Shown: in pieces, positions 8,915 to 20,530 of the stretch
How the letters are laid out: every line of letters starts with the position of its first letter
Numbering within the stretch: the stretch's first letter is position 1
Assembly: GCA_963760725.1 (NCBI GenBank)
Contig: CAVXET010000039.1
Span: 63,497 to 127,496 of the forward strand
Length of the DNA: 64,000 bases
Reading direction: 5' to 3'
From: an uncultured Gammaproteobacteria bacterium
Lineage (GTDB): Bacteria > Pseudomonadota > Gammaproteobacteria > Steroidobacterales > Steroidobacteraceae
Notes under the pieces: model-generated
What the model was told of the DNA's origin: nothing
Databases searched by the model: none
What the model saw: only the letters and a program-made list of their open reading frames with translations
Translations under genes and position numbers: made by a program

Positions 8915-11192
8915 TCAAGCGACTACCCACGCGCCGTCGCGCGCCACGACCTCGCCGTCAAGGCACTTCAAGTAGAACCGCGTTGGACCGTCTTCCGGGA
9001 AAGTCTCTAGAATGGCTCTAAATCGCAACTGCGCTTCCCCCGAATCTCCCTGGCCGAGCGTCCGGAGCGCATCGTCGAATCGATCGCAGAGTTCCAGCTC
9101 CCACGGCTTGGCTCTGGCACGCCGGTCCAATAGCTCGAACACGTGTATCGCATGGCTCTTGCCGCGGAGAAGGAAGCGTCCGACGTCCCGCAAAAGGAAC
9201 GGTACCCCGGCATCCCCGATCGCCGACTCGGACACAAGGATCCGGGTACCGAGCTTCTTGTTGAGCTCCTGGATTCGCGTCGCCGCGTTGACGGCATCGC
9301 CGACCGCCCGGTACTCGTAATGACCGTGCGCGCCGACCGTCGAAAGCGTGACCCTGCCCCAGTCGACGCCAAAGCGCGTCAACAAGCGACTACCAGCAAG
9401 TTGTTCGTTGAACTGTTGGGCCGCGTCGCTCATCTCGAGCAGGGCGTGCAGAAGCTGCACGTGGGTATCCTCGGTCCGGTGCGGCCATATCGCGAGCATC
9501 GCGTCACCCACCACATCCGAGACAAATCCGCCGCGATCGGCGACGTGGCCGAACAGCGCCTCAAAGTAGTGATTGAGGAAAGCTGTCAACGCCTCGGGCG
9601 TCATCGTCTCCGCGAGCGGCGTGAAGTTCGCGGCGTCCGTCGCGACGCAGGCGCAGTCCGTGGATTCCTGGGAGGTGCCGATCTCCCCGGCATTGCGCTC
9701 GAGCGTGGCCACGACATCGCGGGGCACGAAGTAGCTTATGGCCTGGCGCAATTGCGCCCTTTGCCGGTGCGCGGTCCAGAACTTCCAGCCGAACGAGCTC
9801 AACATACCGAGCGGCGCCGCAACGAGTAGTGGAATGACGACGGGAATCCACAACTGCCGCGACTGGAAGGCGTACAACGCTGCGGCCGCATAGGCGATAG
9901 CGCCAGCACCGACGATCGCGATCGCCCGCCTGTTGCGAAGACGATCGCAAGTGCCGTAGGTGAGTAGCCCGGCCAAGAACGTCAATCCGAGCCAATAGAT
10001 GAACGGCAACTCGCGCAAGGTCCGGTCGTCGCGGAGATTGGCAAATGCGGTCGCCGCAATCTCGACGCCGCTGAGGTCCGCGCTATCGTCGGACGAGTAG
10101 GCGGTCGCGAAATGCTCGATTTGCTCGAGTTCCTCCGTTTCGCCGTAGCCGACGAAATACGATCCGACCGCGGAAGCGTGCGTCATTTACCAGCGGCGCC
10201 GCACCGAGTACCTGGTCGTAGCCGATTGCCGGAATCGTGCCTGAAGGGCCGTAGAGGTTCAGGAATCGGGTTCCCGAACCGCGCATAGAGTGCGACCAGC
10301 GAGCGTTCGGAGGACGACCGGGTGGCGCCTTTCCCTGCAGGCGCCGCCAGGACTTCCTCAAACCTCTCGTTCAGTGTTCGTCGCCACGGACGATCTGCCG
10401 AATCAACAGCGACGTCGCCTGGAGTTGCCGCTGCGCGAGCATGTGTTCGGACGACGTAGGCAGCAGCTCTCCCATTTCGCCGGCGTGTTCAGCCAGGAAC
10501 TGGCGCAGGAAGGCATAACCGTCCATGGCGTGCGCCTGCAACGCGATCGCGGGCAAGGTGGGGGTAACAAAGCCTTCCTCCTTGAAGGCCATGAAACGGT
10601 CCACGCGACGACTCGCGTCGACGACCACCGGGAACGGCGCCAACCCCAGTACTGCATTTGCAATCACCGGGCTGACGGCGACGAGCGACTCGTCCTCGGC
10701 CCCTCCTTCGACTTTTTGTGCAATGAGCACCCGGCCTTGCGATGCAAGGGTCGCGAACTCCTGGTCTTGCCAGGCATGGAGGTCACCGTCCTTCCCGGGC
10801 AACGGCGGCCGCTCGCGGAACAAGACATCGAACACCACCAACTCCACGGCGGCCGCCTGGAGTACGCGAAGCAGTCGAGCGTGTAGACAACGAGGCCAAC
10901 GCGACGGCATGGCAGGAACGCTCACGTGCGTTGCGGGACGCGCGCCGATGTGAAGGCCTTCGCAGCGGTAGAAGCTCTCGCCGTCGCGCGGCAGCGAGAG
11001 GTTGTCCGCCGCCTGCTGATTGATCAACACGAGCGTGATATCCGCAGGTGGATCGACGGGCCCGCGCAGCTGAAACAGCCACCTCAGGCCGACCTGCTGC
11101 TCGGTCGCGCGCACTGCTGGAATGGCAAGGAGCGCGGCGCTCATCGCACCGACCCCGACGCCGGCCAGGACCGCAAGCCACCGCGCTTTCAT
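8915..11192 (-). pseudogene. CHASE2 extracytoplasmic sensor / class III adenylate-guanylate cyclase; 2 frame breaks
   Basis: ORF 10371-11192 has an N-terminal TM segment plus CHASE2-type segments (LRWLFQLRGPVDPPADITLVLINQQ; WPRCLHARLLRVLQAAAVELVVFDVLFRE). Bridging ORF 10083-10361 has FLNLYGPSGTIPAIGYDQVL. ORF 8915-10186 has TM helices (PFIYWLGLTFLAGLL, AIAIVGAGAIAYAAAALYAF, IPVVIPLLVAAPLGML) followed by a cyclase domain (CVATDAANFTPLAE, FVSDVVGDAMLAIW, YRAVGDAVNAATRIQELNK). Breaks are near 10365 and 10170. Confidence 0.82.
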
Positions 11193-11575
11193 GACGCGCC
11201 GGGATCATGCCGGATCGCCCGGCTGGGTGCCATCTCGCTGATTGTGTCAGGCGGTTGACAGAATGGCCTGGAGATTTGGCCAACTATCCAAACCACATCG
11301 AGTGTGAGTGGCAACAACGACCAGCGGAGTACGAACATGACTAACGGAATGTCTTCGCGCACCCGACATATCGTCTCGAGCCTGGCGGCCCTTGGAACGA
11401 CGGCCCTGCTCCTGCCCGCGGTAGTCAACTCGTCCGACACGCGGCTGCAGGCGAGCCCCAGTGCCTCTGAGCCCGCCAGTGCGGTCGTTGCCTGGTCACG
11501 GCGTGGTGACCGGAAGGTCTGAATGCGCGAGCGGCGCCGCGAGTCGGCTGGACGCCATTTTTCTTGGCCGCTGAC

Positions 11576-11651
<76 letters not shown>

Positions 11652-11725
11652 GGGAGGGGCAAAATTTTACCCGAGGACCGGTCCTATTGGACCGGCCCCG
11701 GGTAAACCGAAAGGCTTGCGGCGTA

Positions 11726-12139
11726 TCAGGCAGCCTGTGCGGGAGGTGCTGCCGTAATCGGCCGCGCTTCGGCCAGCGACTGATCGACTGCGACAGTTGC
11801 CTGTTCGACCTTGGCGGCCGTTGCACTGACGAACTGGTTGGCCGCCTTCTCGACGGTCCGGGTCGCCGAGCGGACGTTCTTGGCCGTGCTGCGAATCGCC
11901 GAACGCGCCTCGCGCTTGACCACCCTGACCTTGCGGCGGGCCGAGCGCGCGACCTTGCGCACTGAACGCTTCGCCTTGCGCATGGCGGCCTTCGCCTTCA
12001 CGCGGGTCGTCACCTTGCGGGCCTTGGACTTGATCCGTACCGCCGTCTTCTTGCGCGCCACCTTGCGCCGTACCGACCGGCGCTTGCGCTCGATCGAGCG
12101 GCGTCGTACGGCTTTCTTCGCCTTCTTCCTCGCTGCCAT
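11726..12139 (-). CDS. Highly basic Lys/Arg/Ala-rich histone H1-like / nucleoid-associated-like protein
   Basis: MAARKKAKKAVRRRSIERKRRSVRRKVARKKTAVRIKSKARKV...RKVRVVKREARSAI is followed by a non-basic tail (AANQFVSATAAKVEQATVAVDQSLAEARPITAAPPAQAA). The start is taken at the internal Met of ORF 11726-12190. The functional name rests on composition only. Confidence 0.55.
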   Translation of the reverse strand: MAARKKAKKAVRRRSIERKRRSVRRKVARKKTAVRIKSKARKVTTRVKAKAAMRKAKRSVRKVARSARRKVRVVKREARSAIRSTAKNVRSATRTVEKAANQFVSATAAKVEQATVAVDQSLAEARPITAAPPAQAA

Positions 12140-12250
12140 GACTGTTCTCCAGAGAATTCCGACGCCAATGCGGGCGTCGCCGGATGCCACGCCCCGGCTT
12201 CAACCTAGGCCTGTGTCAGGTCACTGTCAACGAGGGAAAGGAGGAAAAAT

Positions 12251-12326
<76 letters not shown>

Positions 12327-12428
12327 ACGAACGAGGGGCGGGATTGTAAAGAGGTGCCGCCGGGCCAGCAAGCAAAAGGGTCCCTGGCGCGGGACGACTG
12401 CCCTACCGATCGGGTACCTTTCCGGCTC

Positions 12429-12911
12429 ATGAAGGTGCGAGACGCGACATCCGCGGACCTGGCGTTCATCGTCGCCGCGAACACCGCGCTTGCGGCGGAA
12501 ACCGAGGGTCAGACGCTCGATCCGTCGCTGCTGCAAGCGGGCGTCCAGGCCGTGCTCGCGGATCCCCGCCTGGGCCGCTACTACTTGGCGGAATGCGACG
12601 GGCAGGTGCTCGGCCAGTTCATGACCACATTCGAGTGGAGCGACTGGCGAAACGGCCTCTTTCTCTGGATCCAGTCCGTCTACGTCATGCCGGGCCACCG
12701 GGGCGACGGCGTATTCCGGGCCCTTTTCGACCACCTGGAGGCAGTCGCGCGCGAGGATGCCCGAATCTGCGGCATCCGCCTGTACGTCGACCGGCGCAAC
12801 GAGAAGGCCCAGTCCGTCTACGGCCGCCTCGGGATGCACCGCTCGAACTACGGCGTGATGGAAGTCGTCTACCGCGGGCCGGAGTCCCAAGAGGAGGCAT
12901 CCCCATGCTGA
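12429..12911 (+). CDS. GNAT family N-acetyltransferase
   Basis: MKVRDATSADLAFIVAAN...YYLAECDGQVLGQFMTTFEWSDWRNGLFLWIQSVYVMPGHRGDGVFRALFDHLEAVAR matches the acetyl-CoA binding core pattern (Q/RxxGxG/A type) of GNAT proteins. The start is taken at an internal ATG of ORF 11811-12911. Confidence 0.8.
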   Translation: MKVRDATSADLAFIVAANTALAAETEGQTLDPSLLQAGVQAVLADPRLGRYYLAECDGQVLGQFMTTFEWSDWRNGLFLWIQSVYVMPGHRGDGVFRALFDHLEAVAREDARICGIRLYVDRRNEKAQSVYGRLGMHRSNYGVMEVVYRGPESQEEASPC

Positions 12912-13369
12912 AACCGGGCGTCGAGGCACCGGACTTCACGCTGCCTGACCAGGACGGCCGGCAGCGCCGGCTGGCGGACCTGATCGAGGGCAATCCCCTG
13001 ATCCTCTATTTCTACCCGGCTGACTTCACGCCGGGGTGCACACGGGAGGCCTGCGACTTACGTGACCTGCATGCGCGCATCCTCGCCGCGGGCCTGCGCG
13101 TCGTCGGCATCAGCCCGCAATCACCTGAGAGCCATCGCCGGTTCCGTGCCGAGCATGCCCTGCCCTTCACGCTGCTGTCCGACGAGGACAAGGTGGCCAT
13201 CAAGGCCTACGGCGTCGACGGCCCGCTCGGCATCGGCGTTCGACGCGCAACTTTCCTGATCGATGCCCGCCGTCACATCGCCGACGCCGTGCTGGCCGAC
13301 CTGATGATCGCCAAGCACCAGGCCTTCGTGGAGCGCGCGATCGCGGCTAGGGCAGGTCGAGGCGCGTGA
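12905..13369 (+). CDS. bcp: Thioredoxin-dependent thiol peroxidase (Bcp-type peroxiredoxin)
   Basis: MLKPGVEAPDFTLPDQDGRQRRLADLIEGNPLILYFYPADFTPGCTREACDLRD contains the peroxidatic Cys motif FTPGCT. The 5' end overlaps the GNAT stop by 7 nt. Confidence 0.88.
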   Translation: MLKPGVEAPDFTLPDQDGRQRRLADLIEGNPLILYFYPADFTPGCTREACDLRDLHARILAAGLRVVGISPQSPESHRRFRAEHALPFTLLSDEDKVAIKAYGVDGPLGIGVRRATFLIDARRHIADAVLADLMIAKHQAFVERAIAARAGRGA

Positions 13370-13914
13370 CCGACGCGCGGCTGAAGCGCGGAACGGCCAC
13401 CAGGTAGAGGATTCCATAGTCGGCTTCGGACATCGGCCCGACGTCCACGCCCGAGAGTTCCTTCGACGATGACGGGGACCGTGTCCGAGTGCCCGACGAT
13501 CAGGACCCGGCCGCCACGGTATTCCGAGAGCGCGCGTTTCGCGGCGCCAGCAGGATCTTCGGCTTTCACGACGATCACCGGGATTCCGAGCCGGTTCGCG
13601 AGCGGGCGCACCGTGTCCTGGGTCCGGCGCAATTCCGTGACGATGATCGCGTCGAGCGACTGGCCCTTCGGCGCCCGGCCGAAATGTTGCGCAAGCTCCA
13701 GCGCCCGGGCCTCGCCTGCCGGCGCCAGCGCCGGATCCGGGTCGTCGGGATTCACCGTGAGCTTCTCCGCGTGTCGCATGACGAACACGGTGGTCGTCGA
13801 GGCCGCGGTCACGAGCCAGAAGCCGAGCGCGATGACGACGAGGCCCGCCAGTGCCGCGATCCACACCGGGGCCAGCAGTGGCCGGCGACGCAGGCTCGCG
13901 TATTCTTTGCGCAT
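13347..13914 (-). pseudogene. Membrane-anchored histidine phosphatase family protein (SixA/phosphoglycerate-mutase-like); 1 frame break
   Basis: MRKEYASLRRRPLLAPVWIAALAGLVVIALGFWLV (TM segment) is followed by VFVMRHAEK (RHxE/G catalytic motif) and RVLIVGHSDTVPVIVE. After about 13465 the sense continues in the +1 frame as ELSGVDVGPMSEADYGILYLVAVPRFSRASVTRLDLP, with a stop at 13347-13349. The break coincides with GAAGGAACTC, where GAAGAACTC would restore the frame. Confidence 0.65.
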
Positions 13915-14536
13915 GCCGCGAATGATAGCGCGCCCATGGGTCGTCCTGCTCGCAGCCGGCGGATCGCGCCGCTTCGGCAGCCCCAAGCAGCTTGCGAGGA
14001 TTGGCCGCGAGTCGCTGCTGCGGCGTGCGGCGCGCGTCGCGCTCGCGAGCGACCCGGCCGGCTGTGTCGTCGTTCTCGGGGCGCACGCCGCCCGGATGCG
14101 GGCCGAGTTGTCCGGGATCGCCGCGAGAATCGTCGTGAACCCCAGGTGGCGGCAGGGAATCGCGGGTTCTCTCGTGACCGGGATCGACGCATTGCCGCGC
14201 ACCGCCCGCGCGGCACTCGTCTTGCTGGCCGACCAGGTGGCCGTGGGGCCCGCGGATCTCGCGCTGCTCGCCGCCGCGTCCCGGGCGCGGCCCCGCGCGA
14301 TCATTGCAACCCGCGCGGGCGGCGTGCTCGGCCCGCCGGCCGTCCTGCCGCGCAGCCTGTTTCGGGCCGTGAGGCGCCTGCGTGGCGATGCCGGCGCGCG
14401 CGAACTGTTGCGGGATCCGGCGCGCACGGTCGTTGCCGTCGAACTACCGCACGCGGCCTACGACGTGGACCGGCCTGCCGACGTCAGGCGGTTGAGGCGG
14501 CCGAAAGGGCGCGCCCGAAATCCTCGATCCGCCTGA
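13913..14536 (+). CDS. MobA/MocA-like nucleotidyltransferase (molybdenum cofactor cytidylyl/guanylyl-transferase family)
   Basis: WVVLLAAGGSRRFGSPKQLARIG...VVLGAHA...IVVNPRWRQGIAGSLVTGIDAL...ALVLLADQVAV shows the LAAGxSxRxG nucleotide-binding signature. The gene is divergent from, and back-to-back with, the phosphatase gene. Confidence 0.72.
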   Translation: MPRMIARPWVVLLAAGGSRRFGSPKQLARIGRESLLRRAARVALASDPAGCVVVLGAHAARMRAELSGIAARIVVNPRWRQGIAGSLVTGIDALPRTARAALVLLADQVAVGPADLALLAAASRARPRAIIATRAGGVLGPPAVLPRSLFRAVRRLRGDAGARELLRDPARTVVAVELPHAAYDVDRPADVRRLRRPKGRARNPRSA

Positions 14537-15933
14537 TCGTTTCCTTCACGTCGTCCCAGGTCGTCTGGTGCGACATGATGCACAGCCGCAGCGAGTACAC
14601 GTCCGCGCAACCGCGTCGAGGAAATCATCGCCGTGCCGGACTGGATCACGCGCGCCTGGATGGCCTCGTTCAGCGTGTCGATCCGCTGCGGCGTCCAGTC
14701 TGCGCCACGCGGCCGGTAGCGGAAGCAAAGCACGCCGAGGGAAGGCGGACCCAGGAGCTCGAGATTTTCGGTGTCCGCGACGAGCGCACCGGCATCGGAT
14801 GCGAACTGGATGGTGCGCGCGATCGCCGCGCGAAAGCCGGCAAGGCCGAAGGTCTGGATGGACATCCACACCTTCAGCGCGCGGAAGGAGCGCGTGAGCT
14901 GATAGCCACGGTCCGCGAAGTTCACGTGCTCGAGGCCGAGCTTCGTATCCTGCAGGTAGTCGGGATTGACGCTGAATGCCCGCACCAGGTGGGCGACGTC
15001 CTTGACCATCACGCAGCCGGCCTCGAAAGGCTGGTACAACCACTTGTGCGCATCGAGGCTGATGGAGTCGGCCCGCTCGATGCCTCGCAGCAGCGTCTTG
15101 CCGCTCTCGCACAGCACGGCAAAGCCGCCATAGGCACCGTCGACGTGCATCCAGATATCTTCGGTCGCGCAGAAATCCGCGATGGCCGGGAGTGGATCGA
15201 CAGCTCCGGTATTGGTCGTTCCCGCGTTCGCGCAGACCGCGATGGGCGTGAATCCCGCCGCCCTCGCCTTGCCGACCGCCTCGGCGAGCGCCGGCACCGA
15301 CAGCCGGTACTCCGCGTCCGACGGAATCACCACGATGCCCTCGCGCCGCACGCCGATGATGCGCGCGGCACGCTCGACGGCCGAGTGTGTCTGGTCGCTC
15401 AGGAAGATGGCCGGTCGATCCGGCGCGCCGGCACGCTCGCGTGCGGCGACCAGTGCATCGAGAGTGGCCGCGGATCCGCCCGACGTGAACAAGCCGCCTG
15501 CCGACTCCGGATAGCCGATCCAGTCGCGGATCCAGTCGATCACGACGAGCTCGACCTGGCTGGGAGCGCCCGCACCGAGCCAGGTGCCCTGGAACGTGTT
15601 GAAGCCAGCGGCCAGGAAGTCCGCGATCACGCCGGGCCAGGTCGGCGCGGACGGAACGAATGCAAAGAATCGCGGGTGATCCACCCGGCCGGCAATCGGC
15701 AGGACGTCACGCACCGCACGCTCGAGCACCTTGACCGGGTCCTGTCCGGACTCCGGCGCCGGCTCTCGCAAGAGGGGCTCGAGCTCGGCGCGCGTCGCGC
15801 CGCGCCAGGGCACGTCGTCGCGCAGGCCCTCGAGGCGGGTGACCAGGCTGTCCGTCGCGGCGTGCGCCAGCCGCCGCATGTCCTCGGCCGACAGGCGCAG
15901 TCCGGCGTCGCCGTCTTGCACGCGATCTTTCAT
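14484..15933 (-). pseudogene. Group II pyridoxal-phosphate-dependent amino-acid decarboxylase; 1 frame break near the 3' end
   Basis: ORF 14458-15933 contains ...FVPSAPTWPGVIADFLAAGFN...FTSGGSAATLDALVAAR...VCANAGTTNTGAVDPL...DSISLDAHKWLYQPFEAGCVMV, with the PLP lysine in the DAHKW motif. After about 14610 the sense continues in another frame as DVYSLRLCIMSHQTTWDDVKETIRRIEDFGRALSAASTA, with a stop at 14484-14486. Confidence 0.8.
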
Positions 15934-15955
15934 GACAACAGGATCCTGCTGAATC

Positions 15956-16045
15956 TGGCGGAGAGGGTGAGATTCGAACTCACGAGCCCCGTGAAGGGCT
16001 GCCGGTTTTCAAGACCGGTGCATTCAACCGCTCTGCCACCTCTCC
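15956..16045 (-). tRNA. tRNA-Ser (anticodon TGA)
   Basis: The reverse complement reads GGAGAGGTGGCAGAGCGGTTGAATGCACCGGTCTTGAAAACCGGCAGCCCTTCACGGGGCTCGTGAGTTCGAATCTCACCCTCTCCGCCA. It has a long variable arm, anticodon loop CT-TGA-AA and an encoded CCA. Confidence 0.92.
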
Positions 16046-16135
16046 GTCCGGTCTCCGGGGACTCGCTGCGATTCTAGATCATCGCCCTTGCGATATAATG
16101 CCCGGCAGGCCAATTGCTGGCCGGAGGGTCGTGCC

Positions 16136-16813
16136 ATGGAACGCAATGCCGCAGTCGTCACGCCGCGCATCGAAACGCGAGAGTCCACGCTCGCGACCCA
16201 CAAGGTACTGCGCAATACGTACCTGCTGCTGTCGGCGACCCTCGCCTTCAGTGCGATCGTTGCGGGCATCAGCTATGCGCTGAACCTGCCCTACCTCGGC
16301 CCCTGGATCACCCTCATCGGGTATTTCGCATTGCTTTTCGCCGTTCAAAAGACGGCTGACAGTGCCTGGGGACTCTTGTCCGTCTTCGGGCTGACCGGAT
16401 TCATGGGCTATACGCTCGGCCCGATCCTCAGCCTCTATGTGCGGGCGATTCCCGACGGGCACACAGTCGTCATCACCGCATTCGCCATCACGGCGGTGAC
16501 GTTCCTCGCCCTTTCGGCCTACGCCATCCGCAGCGGCCGGCGTTTCTCGTTCATGGGCGGCTTCCTGACGGTCGGTATCCTGACCGCGTTCCTGCTCGGG
16601 ATTGTCTCGATCCTGTTCTCGATGCCGGCGCTTTCGCTCGCCGTTTCAGGGATGTTCGTGTTGCTGATGGCCGGGCTGATCCTGTACCAGACCGGCGAGA
16701 TCCTGCACGGGGGCGAGACCAACTACATCCACGCGACCGTGACGCTCTACGTCAGCATCTACAACCTCTTCACCAGCCTGTTGCACCTGCTCGGCGTCGC
16801 GTCCGACGACTGA
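16136..16813 (+). CDS. Bax inhibitor-1/YccA family inner-membrane protein
   Basis: MERNAAVVTPRIETRESTLATHKVLRNTYLLLSATLAFSAIVAGI... is followed by about 7 hydrophobic segments and ends ...LYQTGEILHGGETNYIHATVTLYVSIYNLFTSLLHLLG, typical of the BI-1/UPF0005 family. Confidence 0.85.
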   Translation: MERNAAVVTPRIETRESTLATHKVLRNTYLLLSATLAFSAIVAGISYALNLPYLGPWITLIGYFALLFAVQKTADSAWGLLSVFGLTGFMGYTLGPILSLYVRAIPDGHTVVITAFAITAVTFLALSAYAIRSGRRFSFMGGFLTVGILTAFLLGIVSILFSMPALSLAVSGMFVLLMAGLILYQTGEILHGGETNYIHATVTLYVSIYNLFTSLLHLLGVASDD

Positions 16814-19461
<2,648 letters not shown>

Positions 19462-19493
19462 GGCGAACGGATTCTAGCCGCTCGCAGCGGTAT

Positions 19494-19886
19494 TCAGGAC
19501 GGGCGCCGCTCCGAAAGCCACGCGGCCGCTCGCAGCCCCCAGCCGGCGCGACCCTGCCCGGCAATCAGCCAGGCCGCACCGATGCCGGCGGCGTTGGCAG
19601 CGAGGTCGGCGAAATCCGCGACGCGGTGCTCGGTCAGCACCGCCTGGGCGACTTCGAGCGCCGCGCCCAGCAGGAAGCATCGCAGCATCGTGCGCCACAG
19701 CCCCGTGGGCGTCGCGATTCCTGAACCCAGCAGGGCGAGCGAGAAATAGGCCAGAAAGTGCGCGGTCTTGTCCGAGAAGGATTCGTTCGCGACCACCGGA
19801 CGCGGCGACAGGCTTGCAAAGATGATCAGGGCGACAAGCACCAGGATCGCCGCGATCCAGAGTCGGCGCAGCGTCGCAGGGTTCAC
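19494..19886 (-). CDS. VanZ-like family membrane protein
   Basis: The GTG start at 19886 overlaps the lolA stop (GTGA). The sequence is [27 protein letters not shown]...FSDKTAHFLAYFSLALLGSGI...LLGAALEVAQAVLTEHRVADFADLAANAAGIGAAWLIA, i.e. four hydrophobic segments plus a DK..H motif as in VanZ-like proteins. Confidence 0.6.
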   Translation of the reverse strand: MNPATLRRLWIAAILVLVALIIFASLSPRPVVANESFSDKTAHFLAYFSLALLGSGIATPTGLWRTMLRCFLLGAALEVAQAVLTEHRVADFADLAANAAGIGAAWLIAGQGRAGWGLRAAAWLSERRPS

Positions 19887-20530
19887 GCGCCGTCCGCGGG
19901 CACGCGGCCGACCACGTCCACGCCCGGCGGCGGCGAGAAGCGGAAGCCTTCCGGATCCAGGCTCGGGTTGCGCTCGATGCGATCGAAATCGAGGCGCGTC
20001 GTCTGTCCGAGGCGGTCGACGAGGATCATTCGCCGCAACTCGCCCTCCACGATGCCGACGCGCAGCTCCCGGAAGTCGCTCTTCGCGTCCTTCGGCGACA
20101 GGAGGCACCAGGCGAGGCCGTCGGCAAGGCCGCCTTCGGTCACGTCGAACTCGGCGTGCAAGTCAGCCTGTCCCGAGAGCAACAGCGCCGGTGTGCCGAC
20201 GAGGGTCTCCGCGGCGGGACGCACGGTCACCTGCGCGAGGTCCGCATCGTAAAGCCAGACCGTCGTCCCGTCGGAGACGATGAGTTGCGCGGGCTCACGA
20301 TAGTCCCAGCGGAACTTGCCGGGCCGCGCGAGCGTCACCGTGCCAGCGGCGGACTCCGTGAGCTGGCCGGCTGCGTTGGTCACCGTCTGCCTGAACTCCG
20401 CGCGAAAACTCGAAAGGCCCTTGAGCGCCGTCTCGAGGCGCGCTACCGCGCGGGCGTCGGCCGGAGCGTCGGCCAGCGCGGCCCAGGGCAGGAGCGCCGC
20501 GACGCTGGCGAGAACGGCGAGGCGCATCAA
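19883..20530 (-). CDS. lolA: Outer-membrane lipoprotein carrier protein LolA
   Basis: Signal peptide [20 protein letters not shown], then [15 protein letters not shown]...[41 protein letters not shown]...[16 protein letters not shown]. It sits between ftsK and rarA, as in E. coli. Confidence 0.9.
   Translation of the reverse strand: MMRLAVLASVAALLPWAALADAPADARAVARLETALKGLSSFRAEFRQTVTNAAGQLTESAAGTVTLARPGKFRWDYREPAQLIVSDGTTVWLYDADLAQVTVRPAAETLVGTPALLLSGQADLHAEFDVTEGGLADGLAWCLLSPKDAKSDFRELRVGIVEGELRRMILVDRLGQTTRLDFDRIERNPSLDPEGFRFSPPPGVDVVGRVPADGA

Noticed and set aside
11304-11522. 72-aa ORF (MSGNNDQRSTNMTNGMSSRTRHIVSSLAALGTTALLLPAVVNSSD...) between the CHASE2-cyclase start and tRNA-Arg. It has a signal-peptide-like segment.
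   Set aside because: It is short, has no recognisable domain and no clear RBS, and ends abruptly. It could be a remnant of a truncated exported-protein gene at the islet edge, but I cannot support it as a gene.
2502-11575. A classical integrative genomic island or prophage at the tRNA-Arg locus
   Set aside because: No integrase, excisionase, transposase or phage gene is present. I could not find a direct repeat of the tRNA 3' end at the sucA-proximal boundary. Only the compositional shift and the tRNA adjacency support foreign origin.
13489-16077. Very long ORFs on the strand opposite to well-supported genes. Examples are 13489-16077 (862 aa), 57200-60283 (1027 aa), 38608-40608, 38769-40781, 35659-37767, 21097-22875, 30696-32201, 31912-33468 and 52829-54634.
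   Set aside because: Their translations are Arg/Ala/Pro/Gly-rich low-complexity strings with no recognisable motifs. They exactly shadow genes with strong family signatures (decarboxylase, lolC/E/D, imuB, dnaE2, ftsK, gspD/E, msbA). Stop-poor antisense frames are expected in DNA this GC-rich.
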